Below are positions 54,078 through 64,000 of a stretch of 64,000 nucleotides of DNA, piece after piece; positions within the stretch are counted from its first letter, which is position 1, and each line of letters begins with the position of its first letter. The position numbers and the translations under genes were made by a program. The stretch lies in NCBI GenBank assembly GCA_964016885.1, contig OZ024743.1:44082001-44146000 (forward strand), written 5' to 3'. Origin of the DNA: Eledone cirrhosa. Lineage: Eukaryota. Under the pieces are notes generated by a model. That model had not been told where the DNA came from, did not search any database, and worked only from the letters and a program-made list of their open reading frames with translations.

Positions 54078-54096
54078 GTCCCAATACGAAATATTT

Positions 54097-54156
<60 letters not shown>

Positions 54157-54246
54157 TTATCTTTGTGTGTGTGTGTGTGCATCTGTTTGCATGTGTGTGC
54201 GTTTCAAAAGCCATAAACCTCAGTACCGTAATCATTATATAACACT

Positions 54247-54390
54247 AGGGCGGTTGATCGGCAGTATCGGTAGAGGGTCAGACGCCATGTTTCTCGCATA
54301 GAGTTACGGCCCTTGCCATTCCGAGTTCAAATCCGGCCTAGTAATACTCTGGGATAATTTCTGACCTTGTGCCAAAAGTAGAAACAATTA
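54247..54390 (+). mobile_element. SINE family A, internally deleted
   Basis: Head and tail of family A are present; the central domain is missing. Confidence 0.75.
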
Positions 54391-54397
54391 ACTAACA

Positions 54398-54917
54398 CTA
54401 GCTGGCCCCGCGTCGTCAAAAATGACATGTAATTGTAATATCTATATAAAAACGGTATGTTTATTTGTTGGTTGGTTCTTTTGTGCTCACTCACAAACAC
54501 ACAAACAAACAACTGTGACGAATCTTAGAACGCTGGACCAGTATAGTTTCTGATCCCCTCCTCATTCATAACATAGATGTGTGTGTATGTAATACTCATT
54601 TTTCTAAGTCTCTTTATATGTATGTTTGTGTAGATTCGTGTGTTTGTAATTCTATTGTCTATGTATCTTTCTAAACAAACGCAAATAAACACATATACAC
54701 ACACAATTATTATATATAAATATAATTTACACAGACATACATACACACACACAAACATTCACACAGTCATCATAGACTGTGTGTAGCCTATTCTCTATAC
54801 ATATACACACTCAGGTGTAGCAAATAACCCCCTCCTTCAATAGTCCACGTCATCACCCCTTCCTTCCTCAGTCATCTCTAGTGTGTGACAGACAAATACA
54901 CATTGGCTTTTATTATT
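54398..54917 (-). mobile_element. Helitron-like remnant
   Basis: A|CTAG followed by CTGGCCCCGCGTCGTCAAAAATGAC hairpin at the left; GACAGACAAATACACATTGGCTTTTATTAT at the right. Confidence 0.45.
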
Positions 54918-54921
54918 TTAC

Positions 54922-55855
54922 TGAGTTCAAATCCCGCCGAGGTTAACTTTGCCTTTCATCCTTACGGGGTCGATAAAATAAAGTACCAGTAATACACTGG
55001 GTAATTGCTGGCCTTGTGCCTAAAATAGAAACAATTATTTTACTGATTAAGGGCGGGGAATTGGCAGTATCGGTAGAGGGTTGGACGCCATGCTTTCTAG
55101 CATAATTAAGTCCCTTTACATTCTGAGTTCAAATCCAGCCGAGGTTAACTTTGCCTTCCATCCTTACGGGGTCGATAAAATAAAGTACCAGTAATGTACT
55201 GGGTAATTGCTGGCCTTGTGCCTAAAAGTAGAAAGAATTATTTTACTGATTAAGGCGATGGATTGGCAGTATCGATAGAGGGTCGGACGCTAAGCTATAA
55301 TGCATAGAGTTACGGCCCTTGCAGTTCTGAGTTCGAATCCCGCCGAGGTTAACGTTGCCTTTCATCCTTACAGGGTTGATAAAATAAAGTACCAGTAATA
55401 CACTGGGATAATTGCTGGCCTTGTGTCACAATTAGAAACAATTATATTACTGATTGGTTAGGGCGGTCAATTGGCAGTATCGGTAGAGCGTCGGACAACA
55501 TGCTTTGCAGCATAGAGTTACGGCCCGTTTTGAGTTGAGTTCAAATCCCGCCGAGGTTAACTTTGCCTTTCATCCTTACAAGGTCTATAAAATAAAGTAC
55601 CATTAATGCACTGGCCTTGTGCCAAACGTAGAAACAATTATATTATTGAATGGCGGCGGATCGGCAATATCGGTAGTGGATCAGACGCCATGCTTTGCAG
55701 CATAGAATTACGGCCCTTTACGGTCTGAGTTCAAATCCCGCCTTGGTTAACTTTTGTATTTCATCTTTACGGGTTCGATAAAATATATCACCAGTAATGC
55801 AATGGAATAATTGCTGGCGTTGTGCTAAAAGTAGAAACAATTATATTACTGATTG
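54922..55855 (+). mobile_element. head-to-tail array of 5 SINE family A units (about 200-bp period)
   Basis: Units start at about 54922 (partial), 55049, 55251, 55458 and 55650, mostly joined by a TTACTGATT linker. Confidence 0.9.
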
Positions 55856-56572
55856 TTTAATGTAAATACGTATAAACTACAATGTTCAATAAAACGTATG
55901 CATCGTTTCTTTTGTCTTCTACTTTCAGAGAAATTACCACACAATGATACAGTACTGTGATACCACACTGTGATACTATACGAGATCGGCCTAGTCGGAA
56001 AAAGTTTTACAAGAGGAGAATATTGGATTCATGGTATATAAATTTACTTTTTTACCACGAACTATGAGGAAATATTAACAAAATTGTAATCTAATTATTC
56101 TAGTGGCCTCAATCTAAAGATGTTGAGCTCCCGATCGTAGGCTCAATTCCTGGAGCAGGTGTCTGTTGTCTTCTCTATTAAGATACTTCACTTAATTTTA
56201 TTTTCCGTGATAGGACTAGGATAGGACTACGATAGGTAGCACTCTATCAGTAAAACAGTTGTGAAACGTACTATACGATACAGCATCTTAGAAGTCCAGT
56301 GAAACCTGCAACGGTGTGAGCTGTTAATTTCATTTACCTTTGATGTTGCATTGTACTGGATTTACTATTACTAGCACAATTCGTAACCAATTTATATTTG
56401 TATGTTTGTATTTTAACAACATATGATACATGCTGTGTGTCTATAATTTTCATATTAGAAGATGTTCAATATACCTACGTCTACTTGTTCAAAACGTTAA
56501 CATTTCTGAAAGATGGAATAGAATAGACTAAAACACTAAATCCTGCGGCATACAAAAATAAAGAAATAATGA

Positions 56573-56621
56573 TTGTAGTATTAGTAGTAGTAGTAGTAGT
56601 AGTAGTAGAAGTAGTAGCAGC

Positions 56622-56672
<51 letters not shown>
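56573..56672. repeat. (AGT)n microsatellite
   Basis: Direct reading. Confidence 0.95.
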
Positions 56673-58629
56673 TTCTTTATTTACCACTACATCTGAAAAA
56701 CGAATGAAGCGCAATATAGGAGATTTACATAAATCGGGAAAACAGAGAAAAGTCGAAACCAAGTAACGGAAAATTTAAAACAAAACTATTACCCTATAGA
56801 AGTGCAATTTGGGAACCCCATTAATCCGAAGTCACCAAGAATGCCATACAAAAGTGCACCTCTGTTCTGTCTAGTCTACAGTCATATGTATACATTAGGT
56901 AGATTCACTCGGGCTATCCTCTTCGCAATCACCAAAACTTCCTTACCATGTTTTACTTGAAATCGGTGTTGAGGGTTTGACCGAATAGGTATGTGCCTGT
57001 CCTCAGTAGTTTCAATCTCGTCAATCAAACGATCTCGATCGTTATTGCTACCAGACAAGCGGTGGTGTGATTTTCAGGATTGAGTAGACCGATAGTCAGA
57101 TCCATCCAACATGACAATAGCTTTTCGATAAAACTCAACAAGTCAGCAATGGTCAACTTCGGGTGAGTGAGTTCAGAACAGTCTAGGAACTCAACGCGCA
57201 TCTACATTCCCATTTGAGCAGATTTCCGTGCCGTAAGAGATTCTTTCGTACCAGCGTTGTCCCCCGGTAATACTGTCAGACCTGGGACTTGTGGATAGTG
57301 TCTACAGTTCTTCTGCAGATAGTCTCCCGCAACAAACTGACCAGTTCCTTCAAGTCGCTGGAAAGAGTTTTCCCGAAAACGTCGTTGATCTTTTCACTAA
57401 ACCTCTGCAGAGCACTAACAGGGAATTTCCACCGGTTTTTTAATGAAACAGCACTGCACCTCAGTCAATGAGGCGAACTGAGAAAACACGAGGCTAACAA
57501 GCGCAACCAATCCTGTTCACTATTTGCACATACCGTAACTGCACATGTTTGCGCATTAATAGTCAGGGCATGCCATGTCCCTCTGTGAGCTGATTTAATA
57601 TATCACGAATTTCAAAATCACGGGCCTGTCGAGAGATGCGACTGGCAAATATTTTCAGGAATAGAAGGACCAAAGGAATTATAATTTCCTCTGTTCGATC
57701 TGACATTTATCTTTTACAAGCAAAGACATTGATATTTGCACATCTTCTGATGTTAGCATTAACTCAAGACCGTCCATCTGATGATAATTTTATGCCTGAT
57801 ATTTCCGTGCACGATGTTCGTAACTAAAAGTCTAAGGTGACCTTTGAAGATATATGATATTAAGTCACCAAGATAAGCTTTCTGGAAAACTACATCAATG
57901 AAAAAATGATATGTTGTGCATTCACAACATCTACCATTTATCCATGAAAATATAATTTGAAGCGACAGCTTTGTGGGTCGTAAAATGTCAGGAAAGCCAA
58001 ATAGAAAGATTCAGCTGAATCCATGTCAATCTTTGTTACGTCATTTTAAAAGGACGACAGGAAAGAAATGCATTATAATGTATTTGGTTTTTAGAAATGG
58101 TAAAGATTTATCAAAGTCAATCAACTTGATGTATTCAGTTGTCTACTCGCTCGGCTTTTTTTTTTTGTATAACAAATCATAAATTCCGAAATATAAGCAT
58201 TTGCTTCTTATGTGAGCACATATATTGATACATGTTAACGATATTATGAACGTCCCAGGACCATTAGTTGTCTACATTAGGTTATTGTTGCGGTCACTAT
58301 CACGATTTTCAGTCTCAACCAGCTCGAAGTATGATGTAAGACATCTATATAATGAAACATTGAATGATATATCAAAGCGACAATGGTCACACAGATGATA
58401 AATTTTGGAACTAGAAATTGATAATCTCTAAAGATACATATATATATATATATATATAAAGTTATATCTGTAAATATCGAGTGTGTAACCTTGACTGGAT
58501 CCACAATTTCACAAGGAAACATATACTTGATGGGTATATATAGCCCTTTGTTATTAGTATTATTCTGAAATGGACACACCAATTTGCATATAATTATCGC
58601 TCATGCTGGAAATTAATTACGGTATATAG

Positions 58630-59770
58630 TAGAAAATGCACTGGCAGCCGAAATGATGAATAGAAGATTAACTTTTTTTTTTCATATGCTGGAGGTTCGT
58701 TCGTCAAAGACCAGGGGAAACATTAGCCGCTAATTGCGTTAAGGACAGCATTACGTTTGGTGGGGGATGTATAATGGTATGGGACATAATTTCAGCAGCA
58801 GGTATTGGCACACTTTTACACTTGCAGGGCAAGGTGAAGGCTCAGGTTTTTCAAAGAATGTTTACATGAACAGGCTGTACCTCATATGAGAATCGTCTGT
58901 GCCTCACCTACAATTCTTATCTATAATATAATAAAGGGAGGAGTGCGGAAGAGAGACCATTTTATATGTCTTTATCCCGTTAGTAAAATAAGTTACATTA
59001 CTTTAAACAAATAATGAATGAATAGTATGCAATGTATCTACTAAATATCGTAGCTCTTGATTAAACATAACTATTCTTAAATATAAAGTATTGCTTATTT
59101 TAAGATTCACTTCTTTAAAATATTCAAATATCAACACTTCCGGTTAGCGTCCGTTATATTATAACACTTATCAGATCACTTATATAAGCGTCCATATATT
59201 TGCATGGTATAAGGTTTATATTTTCGTCGCTAATTTTCTCCGTTTTCGTTTTCATAACATTTTAGTTTATGATATATGCAGTTTATATATCATATCGTAT
59301 CATGGATTACTTTACTGATTACAGAAGAGAGTGTACCACAGTCTTCATTCATTGTGCATATTGTCAATTGAGATTTCTTTTAACGTATGTACATGCCTAT
59401 ATATTTCCTTATAGTGTCAATATGCACACTACACATGCCAGCAGAAAACCACCCAAAATATGGATTTTCTGCTGGTGTAAGATAATGCCCCTTGCTTCAC
59501 AGCAAATTCATGATAAATTTCTTGGGTTTAGAGCAAGTAACCGTTATGGAGTAATCTACTCAAATCCCAGACTTCAATCCAATTGAAAATGTTTGGTAGA
59601 CGTTAGGATAGAAACAAAGGAGAGAATCCCAAGTACAAGCCAAGAACCTTGGGAAATATTACAAGATAAATGGAACGAAATAACATCGGGATAGTGACTT
59701 CGATTAGTTTGCACTTGATGGTGATATCAGATCGCAATTATAAATAGGGATTTACATATCAAGAACTAGT
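58630..59770 (+). pseudogene. decayed Tc1-like DD34E transposase split by a Helitron
   Basis: RFVRQRPGETL..CVKDSITFGGGCIMVW..ISAAGIGTL | *DNAPCFTA..PDFNPIENVW..LQDKWNEI. Confidence 0.85.
58920..59475 (+). mobile_element. non-autonomous Helitron
   Basis: A|TCTATAATATAATAAAG ... CAGAAAACCACCCAAAATATGGATTTTCTG-CTGG|T; no TSD; removing it restores the Tc1 frame. Confidence 0.85.
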
Positions 59771-60794
59771 ATATTATAGCATCTACGAATGCTTATTACA
59801 GTTATCTATTTAGTTATACCCTTTTAACCACATTACTGTATTTTCTATTTGAATAGTTTTGATAGAAATACTTTTCCGTTCCTAACTTAATTTTCAATGA
59901 TTCTAAACAAGTATAATTGTAGCAATATTTAGTTGATATCTATAATTTAACATGTATCCAGTTTTGGCTCTCAACATTTCTTTTAGGACCCACTGAAATA
60001 GATAAATACATACATGTTAAATTAAATTAAAAGTAGGCTGGTATGTATATAAAATAAACTCAACAAACAATTACAGGGGATAATTTGTGAAAAGTGTAAA
60101 CACTTATAGTTACGGATGTAACATATTAAAAACTAACAAGAATCTCGACTATAGATACCTTGCAATAATGATTAATCTCCTTTGTATATATTCCATCGAA
60201 GAAATATATTTCACCATTAATGAGTGAATCATATATGTCAAATCTTGGATCATCGGCAAAGGAGAAGATTTAACCATCTATGATTACACAGTAGAAGCAA
60301 ATCAGGGGATAGCGGTGGAAAAGGACATGTGGTTTAAAAATCACACAATGCCCCCCCCCCCCCCCGTCAAGCCAGTGGCGTGAAAAGTGTTATAGACAGC
60401 TAAAGATATCAACCGAGTCCTTTCAACACAAAAAGCTCTACTAATATACATAGGAACCGTACATATTACCATAATTAGATTAAATACTTACATATGTGTT
60501 TTTATATATATACACAAACACACATACACACACACACACACACACAGAGAGAAGAGACTGAGGTTAGCTGTACATGCTCATGGACATCAGAGTTAAAACT
60601 GCACTCAGTTCTCCTGTGGGAGCCCCTGTAAGGACACACTGGAAGAGGTTGACCGAGGTTGCCCTAAGGACGACAGAAACTGGTCTCTTAGAGACAGGAC
60701 ATGGCAGCGATAATGAGGTACAGAGACCGCTGCAGAGAACTCGTCCATGGATCTCAGGAATTTTACCCGCCCTATTTATATATACATATATATA

Positions 60795-63700
60795 TGTATC
60801 TTATTGGCAACATGACCCTCCCGAAGTATAACAATATCGGTTTCAACACACGTTTTCAGATAAAGAATCTTGCTAAACAAATTCAGAAACGAACTATCGT
60901 AAGCCTTAGCCAGGCTAACAAGATACTGAACACCACCATGTTCTGTTGTCTACGAAAAACAATAACATCTCGACAACTACACTTCATAAAAGAATGTGCC
61001 TCGTCCCGAGTTTCCACCAACACCATCAACACCGATGTAAGAAGATTACAGCTCACCAAAAAACAAGCAGATAGGCTAAAACGAACACTAATTCTAAACA
61101 TAAAAAAGAATATCTATAGAGAATTAAGTCATCAAGAAAAACATAAGCGTAACCTAATACAAGAAATAACTAAGATCACCACACCAAGAGAATCACTAAT
61201 ATTTATAAAACTTATACGCCCTGAAAAACAGTACATTGTTCAAGAATGTGATAAGCACTTTAACAAGAAACTAAAGTGGCTTAAACAGATAAAACTAAAT
61301 GAAGATACCTTAGAGAATATCAATAGATATACCGACAAAATTGACGGTATAAATATGGCCGACATCTCATTAACAGATGACTTCAACAACAACAACACAA
61401 ATATATACGGCAACGCTACGATTGACTCTGATGAATTATATGTATTACAACTGCCGCCTAAGTATTCCACATTCAATAAGGTAAATATGATTAGGTGTTT
61501 GTCACAAATAGAAAAATCATGTACACAATTACGTTGGAGCCTCAAAACTAAAAGTAACAACATACGCACACATATACAACACACATCCCAACAACAACAG
61601 ACGCACAGTCACAAACAACAATAACAAAAACACACACATCAACAATAATAACATACTCAGAAACAACAACAACAGACACGCAGACACAAACAACAATAAC
61701 AACACACACAACAATAATAACATACACGGATACAACAACAACACACATCAACAACAGCACACATCAATAACAACAACAACAACAACACACACACATTCAA
61801 TGCCTCTAACCACCACCACAATCTTAACAAACACACAGACACAGAAAACAAGTAATGACAGTAGCACAGAAATAAGGGAAGGTAATAGGATTGAAAGGAG
61901 AGGGATGACTATGGACAGAGAAAATAACCAAGACGAACACACAGACACACAAAATAGCGTAGATAATAACAATAACAAGAGCATTAGTACACATAAAGCA
62001 GCAGCCTGGAACTCTACTTTTTATAATCCCTCCGATAAGTCGTTCGACCTGCGACGAGTCCACGCCCCGACTTTAGCTTTTAATAAACGCACGCAATTGC
62101 CGTCGCAGGTCGATGAACAAACAGAAGCACAATTTAGTATAGCTAGCTCTAAACTTAAAAATATTATAGAACAGTATAGTAAGAAGCATAATAGAATGGA
62201 GGCCCAGCAACTGGGAGAAAAATCTGCAAATGGCTTGCGTAAGCTCATGCAGCGCTCGCGTAATGGAGATATAGCTTGCTTTCCAACAGACAAGCCTGGC
62301 AGAATGTCGCTTGACAGTCTGCCAAACTACATCCAGGCAATGCAACCCCACATCACTAACACAAGAGAAGTAACACCACAAGAGCATGAGGATAGAGAAA
62401 AAGCCCTCAATGCCCATATGGTGATGTGGACAAATTTGATGCAGCCCAACAAAGGACTGCCAAAAACTTCCAGGCCTGGAACAATGACGTGCCAGCGTTG
62501 TATGGGCTTCGAAAAGACCATAATACGGGCAGTGACCCTGTCACGGGACCACCAACACGGCCAGTCTGTGGAGCCAACATTGCTAGTAACTACAGACTGT
62601 CCTACTTCCTCTCCCTGATCATACGCCCCATCATTGAAATGTCCCCAGATGTATGTGACAGCACGGAGGACCTCCTAAGCAGAATCGGCGAGAGTAACCG
62701 ATCTAGGGACCTAACAAACTGGATAATAGGTAGTATGGATCTTGTGTCCCTGTATCCATCTATTGACGTGGATTTTGCTGTGAAGAAATGCGTAGAAATG
62801 ATCAGTGAGAGCAATGTTGAGTTCCGTGGGATTGATGCCAGTGAGCTGGGACTCCTACTTAAACTTACATATTGTAATAATTATCTAGACACATATGACC
62901 TTAGCAACCTGTGCCCTACAAGACCAGCAAGAGGCAGACCACCTACCATTACCTCAATGGCCAAGAAAACCCACTCAGATAGATGGAACGGATGGACCAG
63001 AGCCATACGGACCCCCGAAAACCACGATGAACTAAAGAAAATGATTGCACATGCGGTGGAGGTCAGCATAAAATTAACCCTTAAGGAACAGATGTTCAAA
63101 TTTAATGGAAAAACATATGCCCAAGAGGAGGGAGCAGCCATTGGTGTTAGCATTGCAGGCGACATAGCTAACTTATTCATGGTATGGTGGGACAGTAGAC
63201 TTAAACTTAAACTTAAAGAACAATTAGAAGACCCCTTAACCCTGATAATGTACTCCCGCTATGTTGATGATATAAACATCGTAGTTAAAACACCCCACTA
63301 GAGAACAGTCAGGAATTAGAGGAAAACATAATGGAAAGCATCCAGCAAATAGCTAACTCCATCCACCAGAGTATTAGAGTTACTATAGACTACCCAAGCA
63401 AACACCCCAACCATCGATAACCTGTACTAGACACAGAGCTCTGGTTAGATACCATTAACAACAAAAAACAAATCCTCCATTCCCATTATGCCAAACCCAT
63501 GACTTCCAAATATCTGATCCAACGAAACTCAGCTGTTTCGGATCATACCAAAATCAACATACTGATTGCGGATTTGGTACGGGTGATGAGAAACGTGTCC
63601 CGCATGTGCAACTCCAAAGAACTAGATAGAGACACATACAACACTTCATCCACTGTGTGCGGTTCTCTGGTTACAATCAGAGAGATACAATCAGAGTGTA

Positions 63701-64000
63701 TAGAGGAGCGAGAACCAAATGGGAAAACATTTTAAATAGTGACACAAATGGGACCTGCTCCTTATATAGGAGCAAATTTTGGAATATAATAGAAAGAACT
63801 AGGAATAAGGCTAATAGAATAAACTCATGGTATGATAGCAATAAATACCAGAGTGTAATGTTCATCGATACAACCCCTAGAGGTGAATTAGCTTACAAAT
63901 TTAGAAGGGCGCTAGATAAATATAAACTCAATATTAAGATAGTAGAAAGACCAGCTACCTCCATAAAAACACTTATTAGCAAGACATACCCTTTTCAAAG
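60795..64000 (+). mobile_element. near full-length PLE (runs off the window end)
   Basis: Starts after (TA)n with the pLTR tail and ORF start; N-terminal domain, RT and thumb are present. Confidence 0.9.
60812..64000 (+). pseudogene. PLE polyprotein, frameshifted: N-terminal domain and RT
   Basis: MTLPKYNN..; LQLPPKYS; PTDKPGRM; LYGLRKDH; PTRPVCGA; GSMDLVSLYPSID; QEEGAAIGVSIAG; RYVDD; PVLD; HYAKPM; IKIVE. An (ACA)n expansion at 61560-61850 and frameshifts near 62440, 63300 and 63640. Confidence 0.9.

Noticed and set aside
54922-55855. CRISPR-like or tRNA gene array
   Set aside because: Units are whole SINE copies with no unique spacers and no cloverleaf; the context is eukaryotic.
56800-57600. 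GC-richer block as a transposase or exon
   Set aside because: No recognisable protein motif in any frame I could read; left unassigned.

Overview
AT-rich, microsatellite-saturated eukaryotic non-coding DNA. It is most consistent with an Octopus (coleoid cephalopod) genome, inferred from the tRNA-derived SINE families and the repeat landscape. No host protein-coding gene can be supported, and most ORFs in the track are translations of (TA)n, (CA)n or (GGT)n repeats. The window is a transposable-element graveyard dominated by Penelope-like retroelements (PLEs) of several lineages: Naiad-like, Neptune-like and two other Cys-linker types. It also holds RTE and R4/Dong LINE remnants, two SINE families, non-autonomous Helitrons and Tc1/mariner remnants. 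The most striking signal is about 20 type I hammerhead-ribozyme (HHR) motifs read by eye, from roughly a dozen unrelated pLTR families. About 10 have an intact canonical core; others are variants, including a U3-A8 covariant core and a U4C core with an 81-nt domain II. Many sit in 'tail-out' fold-back (palindromic) insertions of 0.07-2.4 kb embedded in (TA)n tracts, and the fold-back points often fall at the ribozyme. All coordinates and structures were read manually, and element boundaries are approximate.
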